Of a stretch of DNA of 58,725 nucleotides, positions 26,055 through 34,247 are shown piece by piece. Source of the DNA: an uncultured Candidatus Saccharibacteria bacterium (lineage in GTDB: Bacteria; Patescibacteriota; Minisyncoccia; Minisyncoccales; CAZVLR01); contig CAZVLR010000004.1 of NCBI GenBank assembly GCA_964628095.1, forward strand, positions 1-58,725, read 5' to 3'. How positions within the stretch are numbered: the first letter of the stretch is position 1; each line of letters opens with the position of its first letter. The notes beneath the pieces are model-generated. The model saw only the letters and a program-made list of their open reading frames with translations, ran no database searches and was not told the origin of the DNA. The position numbers and the translations under genes were made by a program.

Positions 26055-29000
26055 CTATTCGAATTTTAAATCCGGGCTGGCGTAAAATTTCAAATCCCTG
26101 CCCTGGCAAAAAATGAAAGCATAACCGCTAACGGGCTCGTTAGTTTTTTTACTCAAATTTATAGGATATAAATTCCATAAAGGATTAATGCGGTTAATAT
26201 CTGCTGTGCTGGTAGCCAAAGTCTGCAACTCCCGCCAGGAACCGTTGTTTTCTAACAAATGAATCGATTGATATTCAGTTGAGGTGCTCTGCCAGATAAC
26301 GTACAGATCGGTCCCGCTGGCAAAAGATAAGGCGGGCGAAGAAATCTGCTTTCGGGGTTCGGTTTCCAGCCTTAACAAAGCGTTTAATAAATCAGAACTT
26401 TGATTATATTTTCTGTAATTAATATATGAGTAGCGGTAGGCCCGGTCCGGATCGCTCCAATAACCCACGCTAGGCCAAACAATATGAATATTATTTTCAA
26501 AATCAATCGCTATTTGAGACTGACCCTCGCTAATATCCAAATCCAAACTTTTAATGTCTCCCCATAAAGCTCCTTTTTTCTGGTAAAGAACATGAGGCGA
26601 AGATACGTTTCTGGTATTAGCCGCCCAGACAAAATGGAGATTATCTTCCCGGTCGATCGCCATTGAAAAAGAAGCAATGGAAATATGGTCCAAACCGGTT
26701 GATTCAACAGAATTCCAAGCGCCCAAGGTTTGAGAAATTAAGGATATCTGGGCAAAATTATACCAGCTGCCCTCTTTTGAATTATAAAGCACTTGGCTGT
26801 TAACCCAGGCCAGAAAAAGATTGTCTTTTGAATCGATGGCCAAATACGGAGCATATTGATGGTTGGTAGTACTGGCGGTAATGCTTTCTATTCTTGAAAA
26901 AGAAGCGCCGTCAAAAGAACTGTAATAAATCTGAAAAAATCCGACGTCGTCTCTTCCCTGCCAGGCCAGATGAATTTTATCGCTTGCATCAACGGCCAAA
27001 GCCGGATTTGCTTGGCTGGAAGTGGCGTCGGGTGTTACCGAAATTTCCAGCCAAGTTTGGCCCTTATCCTGGGATTTGGCCAGGAAAATTTTGTCTTCTT
27101 TATAATAAGTTACAAAAAGATCGCCGTTAGATGTTCTGGCAATTTTTCGGCCGTTATTGGCAGGATCATCGCTCAAGCCCGCAGCAACTAAGCTTAAAAT
27201 CGCTTCACTGCCTGAGGCCACAACAAAAAGCGTGCTGTTTGGCTTCTTAGGCGTTCCTAAAATCTCGTTATTATCAGTATCCAGTCCGTTTTTAACAACA
27301 CCGTTGTTATTAGCCCAGTTGGCCGCATCGTTACCCGAACTGGTGGCGCTGATTCTTTCCATGGAAATATAGTCGGGCGCGGCTTTGCCAAAAAACCAGC
27401 CACCAGAACAATCGATTGAATCAATAAAATTGCCTTTTTCGTCTTTCAATTCTACTAACTCTCCCCCATTGTTTAAGCCCGAACCAAAAGAACCAAACCA
27501 ATCAGCGACAACATCGCTTACGGTAAAATCATCTGTTCTTTCAATTAAATAAAAACTGTCGGCTAAAATAGTGGTGGTAGAAATTAAGGAATCAAAAGTT
27601 ATCGTACTGGAAGTGGTGGCATGGCTAAAAACCAATTGCCAGCCGTTTAAATCAACTGTATTGGTGCCGTAATTGTAAAGCTCGAACCATTCGTCCTGGG
27701 CCGAAGCTTTGGTGCCCGCCCAGGCGATTTCATTAATAGCCACGGTTTTTGGATTTTCTACAGATGGGTTTTGAGGCTCGGTCGGCTCAGAATATCCGCC
27801 GCCCGGTATTAAAGGGGCTTCGTATAAAGAAATGAAGTCAATATAATTGCTGAATTGGTAATAATTTGTTTTTCCGCTTTCCCGCACTTTCACTTTGATT
27901 AAGAAAGAACCGTCAATATATTTATACTGCTCTGGTATTCTTAATTTAATTAGCCCGCCCTCAAGCCCGGTGCCGGAAAAGAATTCTGGCAAATAATAGA
28001 AAGACGATTGCCATTTACCCTCCTTTTCGTTGTAGATTTCCGAAAATATATTCTTTTCTCCGTAATCCTCAATGGTAATTTTTACGTCGTACGTAGCATC
28101 CTTTACGCAGCGCACAAAAAGGGTAACTTCCACTTCTTGGTCGGTTTCTTGGATGTTGGGATACCAAATATCCACCAAGGGCCCGGCCTCGCAATTATTG
28201 TTTAAAGTATTATTTTGCGGTTCCGGATTAGTTGAACTCGCCTGGCTCTGCTGACTGGTTGAAGTTGAAGCGGTTGAGGTGGCGGTTTTGGGCGTTTCTG
28301 TTTTTGATTCAACAATCGCGCTGTTTTCCTGCCGGGGCGTGCCCCAGGGCAAAAGGCTGGTCTGCCAGCCCAAATTAACCTTTCTTTCCATGGTTTTTTT
28401 ATTATAATCGTCGCCCGCGGGCCAGCCGTTATAAGTCCACTCGGCCTGGTCTTGCAGCTGGCAGTTATTATCAAAAAGATAAATGCCTTCAAAAATATTA
28501 TCGATGATTCCCAGGTAGATTTTATCGGCTTTTTCCATGGGCACGGTATCGTCGTCGGTTCTTTCTAAAAGATAAAAGCCCTTGGCCGGTATTTTATCGT
28601 TTTCATCAAAAGCCACCTGAATTTGGTGGGTTTTATCGAATAATTCCCAGCCGGCCAAGTTGATTTCGCCATTAGAAACGTTTTTCAGCTCAATCCAGTC
28701 GTCGTTTTGTGAATAAACCGTGCCCATCCAAGCCACTTCGTTAATAATTACTTTATTATTCTGAGGTTTTGAATTCGGGCCCCTTAAACAGATCTTTTCG
28801 GGATCAATGTCTTTGGCTAAATTATTCCCCTCTTCCTGATCTTTTTTATCTTCTTCAACAATCTCGCTCGAGCTGGCTGCCGCGCTTTCTGCTTTCATTT
28901 TTTCAATTTCTTGAAGGTATAAATCTATTCTTTCTTTAATGTCATCGATTGATTCCTGGATTAATCCGGCCTCGCCAACGTTTTCGGGCCCGCCCTGCCC

Positions 29001-30113
29001 GCTGTTTTGATTGTTTTTTTGCTCTTCTTTTGGGGGCTCTTCATTATTGCTCTCGGAAAAAACCTGGTTGTCAGGCGGAGAAAGAACTAAAGGTGAAAGG
29101 TTGGAAAAAAACAGCGATTGGCCAATTTGCGCCTGGAATAAATTGTACTGGGTAATTTTTAATTTAAGGTTGCTTAAAAGCTTGGAAAGCCGGGCGGGCG
29201 CCAGCATTACCCCTTCTTTGGCATCAGATATTTTCTCCCCGCTTTGCTTGAAAAAAAGCTCGACTTCCTTCAGTTTATTTTTTAAAGGGCTCTCCACATT
29301 CTTTTGCCAAAAACTTAACGGCTTTAAGCCTAAATCAGGCACAGTTTCGGGAAAGTCGATCTTAATCTTGGGCTGACCAACTATTATATAATTCTCCGCC
29401 TCGCCTTCGATATCAACAGTAAAAGGAGGTAAGTCTTTTTCTAATTCATAATAACTACCCCAGGCCAAACCAATACTGCTGGAATTCTCAGGTGGCTCAA
29501 TAGGGCTTGTCGAATAAAACCTGATTAAAAACTTACCTTTGTTTTCAACTGTTTGTTGATAAATTAAAACGTATTGTAAGATTGCTTCTTTTTTCTCGCC
29601 TTTTTGCGTTTTGTATTCAAAAATCATCGCGCCCGAACTTACTTTTATCTGGTTTTGAAACAGCCATTCTTTACCTTTTTCCACCGCCAGTTTTACCGAT
29701 TCTTTCTCTAAACGATCAAAGGATTCGCTAAAATCTTCTGCCAAAAAAATCTGGGCTATTTCAATCGCTTTTTTAATAGCTTTTGAACTAATGTCAATTG
29801 GCAGATCGGATAAAAGATAATTAACAACTTGTTTTCTTACCGCTTTTCTCAAAATTAAAGGCACGGCCCTCTCTTGGGGCGTGGCGCTGGACGAAGTTTC
29901 CAAATTAACCCATTCGTTGGTTAATTTTGTGATCAAAGAACCTATTAAATTCTCTGCTTCTTTTGTTTGTAAAAATAAGTAATTATCTATTTCTTCGGGT
30001 TTTATATCGTAAAAACTTTGGCTAAAACAGCTTTCTAATCCAACCCCAAAAACCGCTATTAAAACCAGCGGTAAAACAATAAAAAATTGCTTGTAATTTA
30101 AGGAAAAAAACAT
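26055..30113 (-). CDS. Large exported protein with two lamin-tail domains and a C-terminal BNR/beta-propeller-like region
   Basis: VIINEVAWMG..DWIELKN..GTP and VAINEIAWAG..EWFELYN..GTP; SQDKGQTW and P.LA.D..D.IHL.W repeats. Confidence 0.75.
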   Translation of the reverse strand: MFFSLNYKQFFIVLPLVLIAVFGVGLESCFSQSFYDIKPEEIDNYLFLQTKEAENLIGSLITKLTNEWVNLETSSSATPQERAVPLILRKAVRKQVVNYLLSDLPIDISSKAIKKAIEIAQIFLAEDFSESFDRLEKESVKLAVEKGKEWLFQNQIKVSSGAMIFEYKTQKGEKKEAILQYVLIYQQTVENKGKFLIRFYSTSPIEPPENSSSIGLAWGSYYELEKDLPPFTVDIEGEAENYIIVGQPKIKIDFPETVPDLGLKPLSFWQKNVESPLKNKLKEVELFFKQSGEKISDAKEGVMLAPARLSKLLSNLKLKITQYNLFQAQIGQSLFFSNLSPLVLSPPDNQVFSESNNEEPPKEEQKNNQNSGQGGPENVGEAGLIQESIDDIKERIDLYLQEIEKMKAESAAASSSEIVEEDKKDQEEGNNLAKDIDPEKICLRGPNSKPQNNKVIINEVAWMGTVYSQNDDWIELKNVSNGEINLAGWELFDKTHQIQVAFDENDKIPAKGFYLLERTDDDTVPMEKADKIYLGIIDNIFEGIYLFDNNCQLQDQAEWTYNGWPAGDDYNKKTMERKVNLGWQTSLLPWGTPRQENSAIVESKTETPKTATSTASTSTSQQSQASSTNPEPQNNTLNNNCEAGPLVDIWYPNIQETDQEVEVTLFVRCVKDATYDVKITIEDYGEKNIFSEIYNEKEGKWQSSFYYLPEFFSGTGLEGGLIKLRIPEQYKYIDGSFLIKVKVRESGKTNYYQFSNYIDFISLYEAPLIPGGGYSEPTEPQNPSVENPKTVAINEIAWAGTKASAQDEWFELYNYGTNTVDLNGWQLVFSHATTSSTITFDSLISTTTILADSFYLIERTDDFTVSDVVADWFGSFGSGLNNGGELVELKDEKGNFIDSIDCSGGWFFGKAAPDYISMERISATSSGNDAANWANNNGVVKNGLDTDNNEILGTPKKPNSTLFVVASGSEAILSLVAAGLSDDPANNGRKIARTSNGDLFVTYYKEDKIFLAKSQDKGQTWLEISVTPDATSSQANPALAVDASDKIHLAWQGRDDVGFFQIYYSSFDGASFSRIESITASTTNHQYAPYLAIDSKDNLFLAWVNSQVLYNSKEGSWYNFAQISLISQTLGAWNSVESTGLDHISIASFSMAIDREDNLHFVWAANTRNVSSPHVLYQKKGALWGDIKSLDLDISEGQSQIAIDFENNIHIVWPSVGYWSDPDRAYRYSYINYRKYNQSSDLLNALLRLETEPRKQISSPALSFASGTDLYVIWQSTSTEYQSIHLLENNGSWRELQTLATSTADINRINPLWNLYPINLSKKTNEPVSGYAFIFCQGRDLKFYASPDLKFE

Positions 30114-30146
30114 CTAAGAAAAACCTGTTATTTAGCTTTTAAAGAA

Positions 30147-30740
30147 CTACCGAATTGACACACTTTCTAAAAATTTATTGAAAACTTGATCACAATTTTC
30201 TTTATCGTTTGGCCCCCAAAAAAGATAAAAAGAATACACTTTGTTTCCGTACGGCAGATATGCGCCTGTTTGGGATCCATATTTCTCTGTTTCAAGATTG
30301 TTTTTTATAGCAGTTAAGTTCTTAATATTTATATCAACAAAATTATCTATTTTTGCTCCTAAAAAATAGTGGTTGTATAAAACCTCATCCCTTATTTCGT
30401 TAAGGGTAGCTTTTTTATATATCACATTAGTTTGAATCAAACATCCTAATTGAATAGGTAAAACAACTTTTTCTTCTTTTAATTCAATTGTCGCGTCTGA
30501 AGAATTTAAAGAAACCAGCCCTTCTCCTATATTCATTTTTTTAACCTCCCAGCCCTCGGGCGCTTTAATAGTAAGCCCCGCCTTTTTATTTTCTATTATT
30601 TTCCCCTCGCTGGTCTCCTTAATCACAAAATCGTCAACGCTGCCCCTTATCTGGCGGTGATTCCACCAATAAAAAAATCCTCCGACCGCGAGGATTAAAA
30701 GCAGAATAACAATAATAGAAATAACAATCTTCTTTGTCAT
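30147..30740 (-). CDS. Membrane-anchored hypothetical protein (PsbP-like fold possible)
   Basis: N-terminal TM, ENKKAGLTIKAPEGW, C-terminal FNKFLESV. Confidence 0.6.
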   Translation of the reverse strand: MTKKIVISIIVILLLILAVGGFFYWWNHRQIRGSVDDFVIKETSEGKIIENKKAGLTIKAPEGWEVKKMNIGEGLVSLNSSDATIELKEEKVVLPIQLGCLIQTNVIYKKATLNEIRDEVLYNHYFLGAKIDNFVDINIKNLTAIKNNLETEKYGSQTGAYLPYGNKVYSFYLFWGPNDKENCDQVFNKFLESVSIR

Positions 30741-30806
30741 GTTTTATTATTCTACAAAGTTTGAAGAATAAAACAAATCTATCTGTGGAAAACTCAAATA
30801 AGCAGT

Positions 30807-31133
30807 TTATTTATTCGCCGCGTAGTTAAAAGCGTAAAAATAATTATTCCATTGCTCGGCGGTAGAATGGTAGACATTATCAAACGCAAAAAAATCGGCT
30901 AAAATCTCCCTAACCCGGCAAAGCTCCCGTAATCGAGACTTATTCTTTGGATCTTCTATGGTTAAATCCAAAAGCTCTAAAGCGCGCTCAAAAGCCTGGC
31001 GGCCGTATTCGCTGTTTCCCTTTTTGTTCCAGTTTATAGTTCTTCCCACTTCGCTGCCAATATTGGCCATTTGCTCAAAAAAAGAAAACTCCCGCCACCT
31101 GCCCGCGGCCAATTCTTTGTGTTGATAGCTCAT
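30807..31133 (-). CDS. Conserved helical hypothetical protein translationally coupled to the DUF5674 gene
   Basis: GRW..FSFFEQMANIGSEVGR..FERALELLDLT; ATGA overlap. Confidence 0.7.
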   Translation of the reverse strand: MSYQHKELAAGRWREFSFFEQMANIGSEVGRTINWNKKGNSEYGRQAFERALELLDLTIEDPKNKSRLRELCRVREILADFFAFDNVYHSTAEQWNNYFYAFNYAANK

Positions 31134-31471
31134 TTTTCAACTAACTTATTAACTGTCTTAATAATTTTGGCCCTAATTTCTGGGTCATCAACTCCCTGGC
31201 TACGGTTATTCTGCGTTGGCCGAAGATTAATTACAGAATCAAATTCAATAAAATTATCTCCGGGTATTTCCGGATAAATATTAATCCCCCAAAGATTCTG
31301 CTGTTTTGAGCCGTTTTCCAATAAAAGCGCGTTTTCATCGGCATGTAGTTCGCCGCCAATCGCCATTATTTCTTGCTCAATATCAACCACAGCTTTGACC
31401 AAATTTCCAAACATTTCTTGCGCTAATTCCTTTAATTCTTCAATATTAACTTTGTCTTTTACTATTTTCAT
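31130..31471 (-). CDS. DUF5674-like protein
   Basis: LVKAVVDIE..IMAIGGELHAD E..LLENGS.Q.NLWGINIYP..IEFDS.INLRP; start moved to ATG 31471. Confidence 0.75.
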   Translation of the reverse strand: MKIVKDKVNIEELKELAQEMFGNLVKAVVDIEQEIMAIGGELHADENALLLENGSKQQNLWGINIYPEIPGDNFIEFDSVINLRPTQNNRSQGVDDPEIRAKIIKTVNKLVEK

Positions 31472-31527
31472 GCTTTTTAATTCTAACATAAACCCCCCAT
31501 ATTGTGGAGGTATCGAAAAACCATCTA

Positions 31528-31555
31528 TTGACAAAAGGCATAAATATGATATAAT
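31528..31555 (+). promoter_or_regulatory. Consensus sigma70 promoter of the orphan ORF
   Basis: TTGACA-16 nt-TATAAT with TG extension; SD GGGAGG at 31596-31601. Confidence 0.75.
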
Positions 31556-31609
31556 ATAAGCATAGTTAAGCACATTTACACTAACCTTTTAATGCGGGAG
31601 GGCTAAAAA

Positions 31610-32095
31610 ATGGCCAAAATAGAACCGATCAGAAGAATCTTGAATGAACTGGGGTATCAGGGCAAAGTATTGCAGATTGTTGTTGAAAAAACAAACAAAT
31701 ATGCGGCCCTGGTCTTGGAAAGAAACGACCACATTAATACCGTTGTTGTCAATTTAAGCAACAAAGTAAGCATGTGCCTGCTTTCTGTGAGCAAAAAAGA
31801 TGCTTATAAGGACCCGAAAAACTTTCTAAAAGTAAGGATTAAATGTCTTTTGGCGCAAAGGTATGGCAAAACAGTTAAAATTTCATACCAAGACAAGTAT
31901 GAAGCCAATGAGTACGAGCTTAAACTTGAACGCCCAATAGACATTATTAAAAGCTGGCACGGCGGCACAACTAACAAATTCCGAGACGATCCATACCATA
32001 TTTATTCTACCCATTTAATGACTAGAAAAACTTATGGTAATTGGAAAAGTGCTTCAGAATTTGACGACATCTGTGGACCGCCAGACGAAGATTAA
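31610..32095 (+). CDS. Hypothetical basic protein (orphan-like)
   Basis: 161-aa ORF with its own promoter, SD and terminator; no recognisable family. Confidence 0.7.
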   Translation: MAKIEPIRRILNELGYQGKVLQIVVEKTNKYAALVLERNDHINTVVVNLSNKVSMCLLSVSKKDAYKDPKNFLKVRIKCLLAQRYGKTVKISYQDKYEANEYELKLERPIDIIKSWHGGTTNKFRDDPYHIYSTHLMTRKTYGNWKSASEFDDICGPPDED

Positions 32096-32171
32096 TTAGA
32101 ATTAAATTGATTAACTTGCTAAATTAATAGTTCTTAAACTTTAATGCCTCCCCCTTTTAAATTAAAGGGCG

Positions 32172-32209
32172 AGCCTCACTATAAATGTATTTGTGGGGCT
32201 TTTTATTTT
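32172..32209 (+). terminator. Intrinsic terminator
   Basis: AGCCTCAC...GTGGGGCT followed by TTTTATTTT. Confidence 0.6.
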
Positions 32210-32296
32210 CATTATTTAATGTTGTTTCTAAAAAAAGATTTTCTAACTTCGTCTGCCCTTTGAAAAATCGGGTGTTTTGCGTTAAAATAACAAGTC

Positions 32297-33595
32297 ATGC
32301 AAAAGATCAGGTTTATCAAAAAGCACCGCCTTTCCAGCCTGCCCAAAAGCCCGGGCATTTACCTTTTCTTTAATAAAGAGAGGGCGGTTTTGTACATTGG
32401 CAAGGCGACCAATATTAAAGACCGGGTAAAAAGCCACTTTTTGCAGCCCACCTTTCGGGACAGCCTATTTGTCGACCGAGTATCGCGCATCGGCTACGTT
32501 AAAACCGATTCGGAAATTGAGGCTTTGTTATTGGAAGCTAAACAAATTAAAAGGCATCAGCCCAAATACAACGTTATGTGGCGGGACGACAAAAACTACT
32601 TTTTCGTGGCCATTACTAAAGAAAAGTTCCCCCGTATTTTCATTACCCACCAGACCAAAGACAAAAAAACCGAGTACATCGGCCCATTTGTGGACGGCCA
32701 AGCCCTAAAACAAACCTTAAAGATTTTAAGAAAGGTTTTCCCCTATCGCTCTTGCATTAGCTTGCCTTCAAAGCCCTGCCTTTGGCACCAGCTAAAAAGA
32801 TGCCCGGCGCCCTGCTTAACCAGAAAGAAAATCTCAAAGGAAATACCGACTTTGGAAAAATCCTTAAAAAAAGAGCTTATTAAAAACTCTAAAAATATTG
32901 CCAAGGTATTAAAAGGGGGCAAAACCCAGGTTTTAAAAAGCTTGAAACTGGAAATGGAAAGCTTTTCCAAGAACCATGAATTTGAAAAAGCGGCCAAAAG
33001 AAGAGACCAAATTAGGGTTTTAGAACGAATTCTGGCCCACGCCAGAGTCTTTGAAACGCCTAATCCACAACAAAACCTCTGGCAGAAAACCGAAACAATG
33101 GTTAAATCCTTAGTTAATGTAAAAACCAATATTTCCCGGATTGAGGCCTACGATGTTTCCAACATCCAGGGAAAATTAGCCACCGGCTCCCTGGTAACCT
33201 TTATTAACGGCCAGCCCGACAAAAGCTTTTACCGCAAGTTTAAGATAAAGATCGCCGGAAAACCCAACGATATTGCCATGCTAAAAGAGGTTTTAACCCG
33301 CCGGTTTTTACATTCAGAATGGCCCTTCCCCGATTTAATACTGATTGATGGGGGCAAGGCCCAGCTTAATATCGCCATAGCCGTGGCCAAGCAGCATAAA
33401 ATAAAAGCCAAAGTAACCGCCTTGGCTAAAGCCAATAACGAGCTGTTTATTGAAAACAACAAAAGCCCGGTTTTGCTAAAAAACCAGCCCCGGGAAATAT
33501 TTAACCTGTTCTTGCAGTTAAGAGACGAAGCCCACCGCTTTGCCATTATTTACCATAAAAAGCTGCGAAAGGTTGACTTGCTCGGCCAAAACTGA
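32297..33595 (+). CDS. uvrC: Excinuclease ABC subunit C (compact, no C-terminal HhH)
   Basis: GIY-YIG (PGIYLF..LYIGKA), EALLLE..IK..QPKYN, UVR coil, RIEAYDVSN, PDLILIDGGKAQL, RDEAHRFA. Confidence 0.88.
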   Translation: MQKIRFIKKHRLSSLPKSPGIYLFFNKERAVLYIGKATNIKDRVKSHFLQPTFRDSLFVDRVSRIGYVKTDSEIEALLLEAKQIKRHQPKYNVMWRDDKNYFFVAITKEKFPRIFITHQTKDKKTEYIGPFVDGQALKQTLKILRKVFPYRSCISLPSKPCLWHQLKRCPAPCLTRKKISKEIPTLEKSLKKELIKNSKNIAKVLKGGKTQVLKSLKLEMESFSKNHEFEKAAKRRDQIRVLERILAHARVFETPNPQQNLWQKTETMVKSLVNVKTNISRIEAYDVSNIQGKLATGSLVTFINGQPDKSFYRKFKIKIAGKPNDIAMLKEVLTRRFLHSEWPFPDLILIDGGKAQLNIAIAVAKQHKIKAKVTALAKANNELFIENNKSPVLLKNQPREIFNLFLQLRDEAHRFAIIYHKKLRKVDLLGQN

Positions 33596-33608
33596 TAATA
33601 TAGGCGTA

Positions 33609-34010
33609 GTGTTGTGGAATTTATTCCTTCAAATGGTCTCAGGAGTATTAGGCCTGTGGCTGTCTCAAAACTATATTGCAGGCGTAAGCTTTTTTGGGCC
33701 TTTATTTATCATCCCCAAAGCCCAAGTACAGCTGGGCAGTATTTTAAACACCTTGCTTTTTGCGGGCGTAATTCTCGGATCGCTTAACTACTTTGTAAAG
33801 CCCTTGCTAAAAACTATTACCCTGCCACTAAGAATTATCACCTTGAACCTTTTTACCTTGGCCGTTATGATGTTTCTGGTTTGGGCGCTTGATTACTTTC
33901 TGCCGGCTTTGAAAATTAACGGATTAAAACCTTTGTTTTTTACCGCCATTCTGGTCTGGGCGATTAATTTCATTTTAACCACCTGGCTGCCAGATAAGCC
34001 TAAATTTTAA
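33609..34010 (+). CDS. 4-TMS phage-holin-family (YvlD-like) membrane protein
   Basis: LN.FVKPLL..ITLPL.IITL.LF motif; GTG start supported by TTGACT-17-TAATAT promoter. Confidence 0.75.
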   Translation: MLWNLFLQMVSGVLGLWLSQNYIAGVSFFGPLFIIPKAQVQLGSILNTLLFAGVILGSLNYFVKPLLKTITLPLRIITLNLFTLAVMMFLVWALDYFLPALKINGLKPLFFTAILVWAINFILTTWLPDKPKF

Positions 34011-34027
34011 TAAACCATCTTAAAAAA

Positions 34028-34246
34028 ATGACTAACATTCTTACTATCATACAAATAATCGTTGCCGTAGTTTTAATGGTGCTAATTCTCCTCCAACAGC
34101 GAGGCGAGGCTTTAGGCTCGGCTTTTGGCGGTTCGGGCTCGTCTTTTTACGGCAGCCGCCGGGGCGCCCAACAAAAGATTTTCTGGGCCACCATTGTGCT
34201 AGGCGCGGTTTTTATTATTTTAGCCCTTCTAAATTTAGTTATTTAA
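34028..34246 (+). CDS. secG: Preprotein translocase subunit SecG
   Basis: LILLQQRG..LGSAFGG..RRG, two TM segments. Confidence 0.93.
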   Translation: MTNILTIIQIIVAVVLMVLILLQQRGEALGSAFGGSGSSFYGSRRGAQQKIFWATIVLGAVFIILALLNLVI

Positions 34247-34247
34247 A

